Source: Staphylococcus phage BSwM-KMM1
DNA: 64,000 nucleotides
Direction: 5' to 3' (one strand)
Sequence record: OP902294.1
The notes beneath the pieces are model-generated. The model was not told where the DNA came from. It did no database searches and was given only the letters and a program-made list of their open reading frames with translations. This document shows, one piece after another, positions 41,489-51,667 of the stretch. How positions within the stretch are numbered: the stretch's first letter is position 1; each line of letters begins with the position of its first letter. The translations under genes and the position numbers were made by a program.

Positions 41489-42325
41489 ATGGCAATAACA
41501 TCAGTTGATTCATATTTATTATCAGAAATAAAGCCTAGACTGAACACTGTGCTAGAGAATTGTTATATTATAGATGAAGTTTTAAAAGACTTTGATTATC
41601 AAACTAGAGAGAGTTTTAAAGAAGCTTTCTGTGGTAAGAATGCACAACATGAAGTAACTGTAGGATTTAACTTCCCAAAATTTAAAAATAACTATGAAGC
41701 TCATTACTTGATACAATTAGGTCAAGGACAAGAGACAAAAAACTCTTTAGGGAGTATTCAGTCATCTTACTTTGAGGCAACAGGAGATACCTTAGTCGAA
41801 TCTTCTACAGCAGTAAGAGAAGATGATAAGTTAGTTTTTACTGTTTCTAAACCAATAGGAGAGTTAATAAAAGTAGAGGATATAGAGTTTGCCAAGTATG
41901 ACAATCTTAAAGTAGAAGGTAATAAAATTTATTTTAGATACCAATCTAACGAGGATTATGAAAATTACAATGCAAACATTATATTTACTGAAAAGAAAAA
42001 TGATTCTAAAGGTTTAGTAAAAGGGTTTACAGTTGAAGAGCAAGTAACAGTTGTTGGTTTATCATACAATGTAGATGTTGCAAGATGCTTAGATGCTGTA
42101 CTAAAAATGATTTTAATATCTATGAGAGATAGTATAGAAGAGCAACAAACCTTCCAATTACAAAACCTCTCTTTTGGTGATATAGCTCCAATCATAGAAG
42201 AAGGAGACTCAATGATTTTTGGTAGACCAACAATTATTAGGTACACAAGTTCTTTAGATTTGGATTACACTATTACACAAGATATTAATAAGCTAACTTT
42301 TAAAGAAAGAAAGGATTGGAAGTAG
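41489..42325 (+). CDS. structural protein
   Basis: 278 aa. Confidence 0.55.
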   Translation: MAITSVDSYLLSEIKPRLNTVLENCYIIDEVLKDFDYQTRESFKEAFCGKNAQHEVTVGFNFPKFKNNYEAHYLIQLGQGQETKNSLGSIQSSYFEATGDTLVESSTAVREDDKLVFTVSKPIGELIKVEDIEFAKYDNLKVEGNKIYFRYQSNEDYENYNANIIFTEKKNDSKGLVKGFTVEEQVTVVGLSYNVDVARCLDAVLKMILISMRDSIEEQQTFQLQNLSFGDIAPIIEEGDSMIFGRPTIIRYTSSLDLDYTITQDINKLTFKERKDWK

Positions 42326-42326
42326 G

Positions 42327-42540
42327 ATGGCTAGAAAAAGACACCTGAAAATAACACTCCTAAATTTAATGGTTATGTTCATATAGATACATTCCTTGAT
42401 ACTGCAAAAACCCTTTTAACATGAAGGAGTCACAGGTAGCAGGATTTAAAGCCTATATGGAAGGTAGTCATTATTTGTTTAGTGAGCAAGAGTTCTTACC
42501 TTCATTAGAGAAATACCTAGGTAGGAAATTAGATATATAA
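42327..42540 (+). CDS. small hypothetical protein disrupted by frameshifts
   Basis: MARK.. then KKTPENNTPKFNGYVHIDTF.. then MKESQVAGFKAYMEG.. as collinear fragments. Confidence 0.3.
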
Positions 42541-42566
42541 TAACATTCAGATAAGGAGAATTAAAT

Positions 42567-44378
42567 ATGGCAGTAGAACCATTCCCAAGAAGACCTATTA
42601 CCCGCCCACATACATCTATTGAAGTAGATTCATCAGGTATCGGTGGTTCAGCAGGGTCTAGTGAAAAAGTTTTATGTCTTATCGGACAAGCTGAAGGCGG
42701 AACACCAAATGAAGTCGTTAAATTACGTAACTATGCACAAGCTAAAAGATATTTCCGTTCAGGAGAATTATTAGATGCAATTGAATTAGCATGGGGTTCA
42801 AACCCTACTTATACAGCAGGTAAAATTTTAGCTATGCGTATTGAAGATGCTAAACCTGCTTCAGTAGAAGCCGGTGGATTAAAAATTACATCTCAAGTAC
42901 ACGGTAACGTTGCTAATAACATCCAAGTAGGACTAGAAAAGAATACACTAAGTGATTCTTTACGTTTAAGACTAGTTTTCCAGGAAGACCGTGTAAACGA
43001 AGTTTATGATAACATCGGTAATATCTTCACAATTAAGTATACAGGTGACCAAGAGAGTGCAACTTTCTCTGTAGAACACGATGAAGAAACTCAAAAAGCA
43101 AGTCGTTTAGTATTAAAAGTAGCAGACCAAGAAGTTAAATCTTATGACTTAACTAGTGGTGCTTATGATTATACTAACGCTATTATAACAGATATTAACC
43201 AACTACCTGATTTCGAAGCTAAATTATCACCTTTCGGAGATAAAAATTTAGAATCTAATAAATTAGACAAAGTAACAGATGTTGACGTTAAAGATAAAGC
43301 TGTTTATGTAAAAGCTGTTTTCGGAGACTTACAAAAACAAACAGCATACAATAGTCTTGTAACTTTTGAACAACTTACTACAGAAGGTCAAGTCCCAAGT
43401 GATGTAGTAGTAGAACCTGGGGAAGAATCAGCAGAAGTAACTGCTACTTCACCTATTCAAACTATCGAACCTTTTGAGTTGACAAAACTACAAGGTGGTA
43501 CTAATGGAGAACCACCGGCTTCATGGGCAGATAAATTAGATAAATTTGCTCATGAAGGTGGATACTACATCGTACCATTATCAGCTAAACAATCAGTTCA
43601 TGCAGAGGTATCAGCGTTTGTTAAAGAACGTTCAGACTCAGGAGAACCAATGAGAGCTATTGTTGGTGGAGGATTTAATGAGTCTAAAGAACAGTTGTTT
43701 GGTAGACAAGCATCATTATCTAACCCTCGTGTATCATTAGTAGCTAACTCAGGTACATTCGTTATGGACGATGGACGTAAGAACCATGTTCCTGCTTATA
43801 TGGTAGCAGTAGCATTAGGTGGACTTGCAAGTGGTTTAGAGATTGGTGAATCAATTACTTTCAAACCATTACGTGTAAGCTCATTAGACCAAGTATACGA
43901 GTCAATTGATTTAGATGAGTTAAATGAAAATGGTATTATTAGTATCGAGTTTGTTCGTAACCGTACTAATACATTCTTCAGAATTGTTGATGACGTAACT
44001 ACATTCAACGATAAGACAGACCCAGTTAAAGCTGAAATGGCTGTCGGAGAAGCTAATGACTTCTTAGTAACTGAGCTTAAAATACAGCTTGAAGACCAAT
44101 TTATTGGTACTCGTACTATCAATACAAGTGCTTCAATCATTAAAGACTTTATCCAATCTTACTTGGGTCGTAAGAAACGTGATAATGAAATTCAAGACTT
44201 CCCTGCTGAAGACGTACAAGTTATTGTTGAAGGTAACGAAGCAAGAATTTCAATGACAGTTTACCCAATCAGAAGCTTCAAGAAAATTTCTGTTAGCTTG
44301 GTTTACAAGCAACAAACATTAGAAGCCTATCTAGGTTACGGAGTACCTAGATTGGGTACTCCTATTAATATAATTTGA
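42567..44378 (+). CDS. tail sheath protein
   Basis: 603 aa intact ORF, strong-codon bias, directly upstream of tail tube. Confidence 0.8.
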   Translation: MAVEPFPRRPITRPHTSIEVDSSGIGGSAGSSEKVLCLIGQAEGGTPNEVVKLRNYAQAKRYFRSGELLDAIELAWGSNPTYTAGKILAMRIEDAKPASVEAGGLKITSQVHGNVANNIQVGLEKNTLSDSLRLRLVFQEDRVNEVYDNIGNIFTIKYTGDQESATFSVEHDEETQKASRLVLKVADQEVKSYDLTSGAYDYTNAIITDINQLPDFEAKLSPFGDKNLESNKLDKVTDVDVKDKAVYVKAVFGDLQKQTAYNSLVTFEQLTTEGQVPSDVVVEPGEESAEVTATSPIQTIEPFELTKLQGGTNGEPPASWADKLDKFAHEGGYYIVPLSAKQSVHAEVSAFVKERSDSGEPMRAIVGGGFNESKEQLFGRQASLSNPRVSLVANSGTFVMDDGRKNHVPAYMVAVALGGLASGLEIGESITFKPLRVSSLDQVYESIDLDELNENGIISIEFVRNRTNTFFRIVDDVTTFNDKTDPVKAEMAVGEANDFLVTELKIQLEDQFIGTRTINTSASIIKDFIQSYLGRKKRDNEIQDFPAEDVQVIVEGNEARISMTVYPIRSFKKISVSLVYKQQTLEAYLGYGVPRLGTPINII

Positions 44379-44401
44379 ATACTTTAGGAGAGTGAATACA
44401 G

Positions 44402-44827
44402 ATGGCATCAGAAGCTAAACAAACCGTCCATACTGGTAATACCGTCTTACTTATGATTAAAGGTAAACCGGTAGGAAGAGCACAATCAGCATCAGGTACT
44501 CGTGAATACGGTACAACTGGTGTATACGAAATCGGTTCTATCATGCCTCAAGAACACGTATACTTACGTTATGAAGGTACAATTACAGTAGAACGTTTAC
44601 GTATGAAAAAGAAAACTTTGCAGATTTAGGATATGCTTCACTAGGTGAAGAAATTCTTAAGAAAGATATCATTGATATTTTAGTAGTAGATAACTTAACT
44701 AAACAAGTTATCATTAGTTACCACGGATGTAGTGCTAACAATTATAATGAGACTTGGCAGACAAATGAAATCGTAACAGAAGAAATTGAGTTTAGTTACT
44801 TGACAGCAAGTGACAAAGCACGTACTT
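44402..44827 (+). CDS. tail tube protein (about 141 aa), frameshift near 44625
   Basis: MASEAKQTVHTGNTVLLMIKGKPVGRAQSASG... continues as ...DLGYASLGEEILKKDIIDILVVDNL... to stop 44827. Confidence 0.7.
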
Positions 44828-44835
44828 AATATATT

Positions 44836-44864
44836 AGACCAACTAAAAAAGTTGGTCTTTTTTA
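44836..44864 (+). terminator. rho-independent terminator after sheath-tube
   Basis: AGACCAACT/AGTTGGTCT hairpin followed by TTTTTT. Confidence 0.65.
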
Positions 44865-44893
44865 TTGACAATATGAAAATTAAATGCTACTAT
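44865..44893 (+). promoter_or_regulatory. sigma-A type promoter inside the tail module
   Basis: TTGACA, 17 nt, TACTAT. Confidence 0.5.
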
Positions 44894-45048
44894 AAGAATA
44901 TCAAATAAAAAGGAGATGTACTAAGTGGCAAATAAAAGAAAAACAATAGGTAAAATGAGTAATACCAGGGCAACATGGAATATTAACCCTGTAACTAAAG
45001 TTAAGAAAGATAAAACTAAATATTCTAGAAAAAATAAGCATAAAGGTA

Positions 45049-45077
45049 TTGACAACTATAATTAAATACAGTATACT
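45049..45077 (+). promoter_or_regulatory. consensus sigma-A promoter inside the tail module
   Basis: TTGACA, 17 nt, TATACT then RBS AAGGAGGGGGATTATATG. Confidence 0.6.
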
Positions 45078-45107
45078 AAGAGTATAACAAATAAGGAGGG
45101 GGATTAT

Positions 45108-45560
45108 ATGACTACATTTTGGTCAAAAAGAAGAACAACTGGTAAACATAGACAAGTAAAGAAACATTATACTCAAATGACTTTACAGGAAAAGAAACAA
45201 TGTGTTAAACTATTACAAGATACAGTTAATACACACAAATATTTAGAACTATCAAGTCATTGTAAAACTAAAATTAAAAATGAAATTAATTTCAGTAAGT
45301 TAGTAGGATTTATATTCAAGAGTAATAACGCACCATTTAATATTATTGAATATAATATTACAGACTTCCATGGGGAAAAACAAAGAAGAATAATTTTTAA
45401 AAGTCCTACTATTGTAACTATAGAAGGAGTAAGTAGTTATCAGTATTTAGTTATTAACTTAGAAGATGGTACAATAATAACTACATACTATAATGGTATT
45501 ACAGATACACATAAAACATTAGATTTATATTATTATGATAAAGGCTTGACAATTCAATAA
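45108..45560 (+). CDS. hypothetical basic protein
   Basis: 150 aa. Confidence 0.5.
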   Translation: MTTFWSKRRTTGKHRQVKKHYTQMTLQEKKQCVKLLQDTVNTHKYLELSSHCKTKIKNEINFSKLVGFIFKSNNAPFNIIEYNITDFHGEKQRRIIFKSPTIVTIEGVSSYQYLVINLEDGTIITTYYNGITDTHKTLDLYYYDKGLTIQ

Positions 45561-45573
45561 GGAGGAATTATAA

Positions 45574-45813
45574 TGGATAATATTAAAGGAATAATTGTAA
45601 CAACAACATGTGCAAACTTTAAAGAGGGGAATTTTAATTATTAATAAAGACTCAACTAGTCTCCCTTTAGAGGAAGCTTTAGATAGAATAGAGATAGGTT
45701 TAGAAACTAATAGTAATATTAAATTGCCTCACAGAGACAATAAAGGATACTCAATAATTTTACCTAGTTCTATCGTAGGGTATGATGTTCATATAGAAGA
45801 GGAGGGGTTATAA
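45574..45813 (+). CDS. hypothetical protein, frameshift near 45640
   Basis: MDNIKGIIVTTTCANFKEG then ...INKDSTSLPLEEALDRIEIG... Confidence 0.35.
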
Positions 45814-46005
45814 TAGGTATTACAGTAGTTAATATATATTTTATTCTATCGAGTATCTTATTTATCGTATTAAGTATATTAAACGGTAAAGGTACAGTTA
45901 CTAAGGAATCACTAGCTATGAGTAAAGCTTTAATGGTAATAACAGCAGTTCAATTTTTAGCATTTTTAATTATTAATGGTATTTATTACTCATTAAAATA
46001 TATGT

Positions 46006-46034
46006 AATAAAAGTATTGACAAATTAAAACTAAT
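46006..46034 (+). promoter_or_regulatory. consensus sigma-A promoter inside the tail module
   Basis: TTGACA, 17 nt, TATAAT then RBS AAAGGAGAATG. Confidence 0.6.
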
Positions 46035-46068
46035 AAATTATAATAAAGGTATAACAAATTAAAGGAGA

Positions 46069-46389
46069 ATGATAATTATGGCACAAGATAAATTAAGAGC
46101 AGTTTACGAAGAGATGAAAGTAGAATTACACAAATTCCCGAAAGAGATTGATGTAACAAGTAAATCAACAGCAATTGCAATCAATCAGATTTTAGATAAA
46201 TTCAAAAAATTAACAGAGCAAGCAGGTAAAATTACTAAAAAGTATTTAGAAGGTCAAGAGATTTTAACAATCAACTATGAGTACTACGATTCTTTAAATG
46301 AATACTACGTTTATTTATTAAGAAATAGTGATAAGATTAAACAAAGTTTAGAGGAGATTTTAACAAGCACAGAGAAATACGTAAAGTAA
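46069..46389 (+). CDS. hypothetical protein
   Basis: 106 aa. Confidence 0.5.
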   Translation: MIIMAQDKLRAVYEEMKVELHKFPKEIDVTSKSTAIAINQILDKFKKLTEQAGKITKKYLEGQEILTINYEYYDSLNEYYVYLLRNSDKIKQSLEEILTSTEKYVK

Positions 46390-46426
46390 TTTTGATTTAA
46401 AAACAAAATATGCTATACTATATTTA

Positions 46427-46490
46427 AAGTAGTAAGCCTACACTAGTCCGTGTTATATTAATAATGAATCGGATAAGCGTAGGCTTTATT
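46427..46490 (+). terminator. long hairpin (AAGCCTAC...GTAGGCTT) then T-rich run
   Basis: 8-bp perfect stem closing a 38-nt region with internal pairing. Confidence 0.4.
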
Positions 46491-46520
46491 AATATTTAAA
46501 AAGGAAGGTACATCATATTA

Positions 46521-46982
46521 TGGCTGAAGAAATTAAAAAGAACAAGAAGTACAAGAGCAAGAAACTACGAAAGAAGATAAAAAGATGTTAGTAAAATGAC
46601 ACCTGAAGAAATAGATGAATTAAAATATCAAGATAGAAAAGAAAAAGAAAAAGTTATTAACAAAGTTATCAAAGGTGTTAATGATACTTGGGAAAAAGAG
46701 TATAACTTCGAAGAATTAGATTTAAGATTTAAAGTTAAAATTAAATTACCTAATGCACGAGAACAAGGTAACATCTTTGCATTACGTTCTGCTTACTTAG
46801 GTGGTATGGATATGTACCAAACAGACCAAGTAATTAGAGCTTACCAAATGTTAGCTACATTACAAGAGGTAGGTATTGAAGTTCCTAAAGAATTCCAAGA
46901 CCCTGACGAAATTTATAACTTATATCCTTTAACTGTTATGTATGAAGATTGGTTAGGTTTCCTAAACTCCTTTCGTTACTAA
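46521..46982 (+). CDS. tail assembly chaperone candidate (about 150 aa), 2 frameshifts near 46540-46600
   Basis: MAEEIKK... then KMTPEEIDELKYQDRKEKEK...; located just before the TMP. Confidence 0.45.
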
Positions 46983-47025
46983 TAGTATAGAAACACTAGA
47001 TAAAGATATAGAACGTTTAGGTGGA

Positions 47026-47562
47026 ATGCAGTCCATTGTTAAACAACCTTTATCTAGGAATCTTTGGGCTATTATGAAAGAGTTTAATGTGTTACCTACC
47101 GAACAAAGATTTAAGGACTTAGATGACTATCAAATAGAGTTTATAATTGGTAACATGAACAGAGATGTTTATGAGTATAATAAACAACTTAAACAAGCTC
47201 AAAAAGGTGGAAAATACGACAGTCAATTCGAAGATGATGATAATAGTTGGTGGAATGAATCTCATGAAGACTTTGACCCAGTACCTGATTTCTTAGACGC
47301 AGAGGACTTAGCACAACAGATGGAAGCTAAATTATCTGATAGAGATAAGGAAGAAAGAGCTAAGAGAAATGATGCAGAGTTAAATGATGAAACAGAAGGA
47401 CTTACTACACAACATCTTGCTATGATGGAATACATTAGAAGAAAGCAAGAAGAGTTAGATGATGAAGTAGGAAACGGTAAGACTAGTGAAGACGATGCTA
47501 CTATATCACAGGATAGCGTTAATAAAGCATTAGAAGATTTAGATGATGATTGGTATATGTAA
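47026..47562 (+). CDS. acidic tail assembly chaperone candidate
   Basis: 178 aa, very acidic, immediately upstream of TMP. Confidence 0.45.
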   Translation: MQSIVKQPLSRNLWAIMKEFNVLPTEQRFKDLDDYQIEFIIGNMNRDVYEYNKQLKQAQKGGKYDSQFEDDDNSWWNESHEDFDPVPDFLDAEDLAQQMEAKLSDRDKEERAKRNDAELNDETEGLTTQHLAMMEYIRRKQEELDDEVGNGKTSEDDATISQDSVNKALEDLDDDWYM

Positions 47563-47612
47563 AGGGTGGTAGGTGATACTACCATCCTTATTTTTTAAAT
47601 GGATGGTGAATA

Positions 47613-50600
47613 ATGATGGCAATGAATGACGATTATAGATTGGTCTTATCCGGTGATAGTTCAGATTTAGAGAATAGTCTGAAGGCTATAGAACTTTATA
47701 TGGACTCTTTAGAGGCTAAAGATATTGATGCCCCTTTAGATAATTTCTTGAAGAAATTAAAAGTAATTGCTAAAGAAGTTAAAAATGTACAGAATGCAAT
47801 GGATAAACAGGAAGGTAAATCTGTAGTATCTGCTAAAGATATGGATGAGACCATTAAATCTACTCAATCTGCTACGAAACAAATAAATGAGTTGCAGAAA
47901 GCTTTAGACGACCTTCAAAAAGAAAATATATCTAAAGGTATAGCACCTGACCCTGAAGTTGAAAAAGCATACGCTAAGATGAACAAAGTTGTTAAAGAGA
48001 CTAGTGAAAATCTTAGTAATATGTCTAACCAAAAAATAGGTTCGGATGCTAGTATTCAAAATAGAATTAAAGAACAGAAAGTATTAAATAAAGTAACTGA
48101 AGAATACAATAAAATAAGTAAAGACTCTAGTTCTACCCAAGATTATACTAAAAGACTAAGAGCTAATCGTAACATGACTAGAGGGTACATGGAACGTTCA
48201 GAAGGAACAGGACGTTTAACGTATGACCAAGGAGCAAGAGTTAGAAGTGAATTAGGTAAGGTAGATTCTTATGAAAGTCAAAGAAAACAAAACCAACGTA
48301 ACTTAACACAAGCAAGAGAACAGTATAGTAACTACGGAAATCAACAACAAGATTTGACGAAACGAAGAGCTAATGGTCAAATTAATAAAGCCCAATATGA
48401 GCAAGAACTAGCTTCTATTAAACAAGAAATGAAAGCTAGAGAAGAACTTATAACTAACTATGAGAAATTAGGGGCTGAACTAGATAAAACTATTCAGTAC
48501 TATAAAGGCTCAGTTCAGAAAGATTTTCAAACTAGAGATGTAGACCAACAACGAGGAACATTCGGTAGAATGGTTCAAGAGCGTTTACCATCTATTGGTT
48601 CTCATGCTATGATGGGTACGACTGCCATGGCTACAGGTTTATATATGAAGGGTGCTTCATTAAGTGAGACAAATAGACCAATGGTTACATCATTAGGTCA
48701 AAATTCAGACAATATGGATATAGATTCTGTAAGAAATGCATATGGGGACTTGTCAATTGATAACAAGTTAGGTTATAATAGTACTGACATGTTGAAAATG
48801 GCTACTTCATATGAATCTTCTGTAGGACATAAAAGTGATGCGGAAACGGAAGCAGGAGCTAAACAACTTGCAATAGGGGGTCGTTCATTAGGAATACAAG
48901 ACCAAGAAGCTTACCAAGAGTCTATGGGTCAAATAATGCATACTGGTGGAGTAAATTCCGATAACATGAAGGAGATGCAAGATGCATTCCTAGGTGGGAT
49001 TAAACAATCAGGTATGGTTGGTCGTCAAGATGAACAACTTAAAGCATTAGGTTCTATAGCTGAGCAATCAGGAGAAGGAAGAACTTTAACTAAAGACCAA
49101 ATGAGTAATCTTACCGCTATACAATCTACTTTTGCAGAGTCAGGAAGTAAAGGATTACAAGGTGAACAAGGTGCCAATGCTATTAATAGTATAGACCAAG
49201 GACTTAAAAATGGTATGGATAGTTCTTATGCTCGTATAGCAATGGGATGGGGAACACAATACCAAGGTCTTGAAGGTGGATACGATTTACAAAAACGTAT
49301 GGATGAAGGAATATCTAATCCTGAAAACTTGACAGATATGTCTGATATGGCTACTCAAATGGGTGGCAGTGAAAAAGAACAAAAATACCTATTTAATAGA
49401 AGTATGAAAGAGATAGGTGCCAACCTTACTATGGAGCAATCTGATGAAATATTTAAAGATGCTCAATCCGGAAAACTATCTAAAGAAGAGTTAGCTAAAA
49501 AGCTAAGAAAATGGAAGAAGAAGGTAGTAAAGAAGGGAAGATAATGCCACTGATTATAAAGAATCTAAGTCAGGTAAAAATGACCAAAATAAAGCTAAGA
49601 CCGATGATAAAGCAGAGGATACTTATGATATAGCCCAACCACTTAGAGATGCTCACAGTGCCCTGGCAGGTTTACCTGCACCTGTATATCTAGCAATAGG
49701 TGCAATAGGGGCATTTACAGCTTCATTAATTGCATCAGCAGGTCAATTCGGAGCCGGACATCTAATTGGTAAAGGTGCTAAAGGCATGAGAAACAAATGG
49801 AATGATAGAAAAGGAGGTAACTCAGGAGGCGGGATTGCTCCTGGCGGAGGCTCTCCTAAAGGAGGCGGGTCTCCTAAAGGTGGGGGAACTCGTTCTACAG
49901 GTGGTAAAATTCTCGATGGTGCTAAAGGATTAGGAGGATTCCTAATTGGAGCAGGGGTACTAGAGGAGCTAAAGATACCACTAAAAAGCTTTTGAAGGTA
50001 CTAAAAAGTATTTAATAGAGATAATGGTAGAAAAGCTATGGATAAATCTAAAGATATAGCTAAAGGTACTGGTAGCGGGCTTAAAGATTTATATAGTGGT
50101 AGTATACTAGGTAAAGAAAGAAGACAGAACCTAGGAGAGAAAGCTAAAGGACTATACGGTAAATTTGCTGATAAGTTTGGTGATGGAAGTAAAAATGGTA
50201 TTCTATCACAATCACCTAACGCAGGAGGTAGTGGAATAGGTAAGTTAGGAAAACTTGCCGGAGGATTAGGAAAAGGTGCAGGACTCTTAGGAGTTGGAGC
50301 ATCCGCACTATCTCTTATACCTGCTCTAGCATCAGGAGACGATAAAGCTATAGGCAAAGGCGTAGGCTCTATGGGTGGCGGAATGGCAGGTGCATCCGCA
50401 GGAGCTTCTATAGGAGCACTATTCGGAGGAGTAGGCGCAGTACCTGGAGCTTTAATAGGAGGAGCTGTCGGTTCTATCGGTGGAGGAGCTGTCGGTGAAA
50501 AAGTCGGAGATATGGCTAAAAGTGCAAACACTAAAGATGGGTGGAAATTATGGTCTAATGGAGACAAAGACGGTAAGAATAAATTCCAAGACTCTTTATT

Positions 50601-51594
50601 AGGTAAACCTATATCTAAAGCATGGAGTGGTGTAACAGGTCTCTTTGATAATGACGCTGAAGCATCTGAAGAAGATAGTAAAGATAAGAAAAAGGCGTTA
50701 AAGGTGTTAAAGGAGATACTAAGAAGAAAGAAAAAATGACAGCAGAACAACTTAGAGAAAAGAATAATCAATCTGAAACTAAGAACCTTAAAATCTATAG
50801 TGACTTACTTGACAGAGCTCAGAAAATTATTGAGAGTGCTAAAGGTATAAATATAGACGGAGGAACATCTGATGGTGGTTCTGATAGCGGAGGCTCTGCA
50901 TCTGATATAGGTGGAGAAGGCGCAGAGAAAATGTATAAGTTCCTAAAAGTAAAGACCTATCTGATAATCAGGTAGGAGCTATTATGGGTAACTTAAAACA
51001 AGAATCTAATTTAGACCCCAAAGCTGTTAACCAATCTAGTGGTGCATTTGGTATAGCCCAATGGATGGGAGATAGAAAAGCAGGGTTGGATAAATTTGCC
51101 AAAGAAAAAGGTAAAAGAATACTGACCTAGATGTACAGTTAGACTATCTATGGAAAGAGATGCAGTCCGACTATGAAAGTAACAACCTCAAAAATGCAGG
51201 TTGGAGTAAGGACGCAAGCTTAGAGAAGAATACTAATGCATTTGCTACCGGATTTGAGCGTATGGGAGCAAATGAAGCTATGATGAGCACCCGTGTTAAC
51301 AATGCTAAAGAATTCAAGAAGAAATACGGAGGCTCTGGTGGCGGAGGAGGTGGAGGAGCTCTATCTTCTACTTACCAAGAAGCTATGAGTAACCCTGTAT
51401 TAACTACCGGTTCTAATTATAAAGGCTCTAATGACGCTTCTAATGCCTCTACAACTAACAGAATAACAGTTAATGTTAACGTTCAAGGCGGAAATAATCC
51501 TGAAGAAACTGGAGACATTATCGGAGGAAGAATTAGAGAAGTTCTAGACAGTAATATGGATATATTTGCAAATGAATATAAGAGAAGTTATTAA
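47613..51594 (+). CDS. tape measure protein (about 1330 aa) with Gly-rich repeat region and embedded phage-tail-lysozyme motif; about 6 frameshifts
   Basis: collinear ORFs 47613-49544, 49786-49995, 50038-50739, 50736-50975, 51160-51594; motif GNLKQESNLDPKAVNQSSGAFGIAQWMG at about 50985-51070. Confidence 0.75.
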
Positions 51595-51604
51595 TAATTT
51601 TGTA

Positions 51605-51633
51605 TTGACACAGGAGTAGTATCGTAGTATACT
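51605..51633 (+). promoter_or_regulatory. consensus sigma-A promoter
   Basis: TTGACA, 17 nt, TATACT. Confidence 0.55.
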
Positions 51634-51667
51634 ACTCTTATACATATAAAAAAATAAAAGGAAGTAT

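Noticed and set aside
41965-44140. Minus-strand ORFs 41965-42246 and 43796-44140
   Set aside because: Antisense to structural gene 41489-42325 and the tail sheath gene.
44926-45066. 46-aa Lys-rich plus-strand ORF (MANKRKTIGKMSNTRATW...)
   Set aside because: Overlapped by the consensus promoter at 45049-45077 and below the size cutoff; more likely promoter/leader sequence than a gene.
47262-47585. 107-aa Ser-rich minus-strand ORF
   Set aside because: Antisense to the acidic chaperone-like gene.
50001-50771. 256-aa Pro/Ala-rich ORF on the minus strand
   Set aside because: Antisense to the Gly-rich (GGN codon) region of the tape measure gene; an artefact of the repetitive GC-rich codons, with no RBS.
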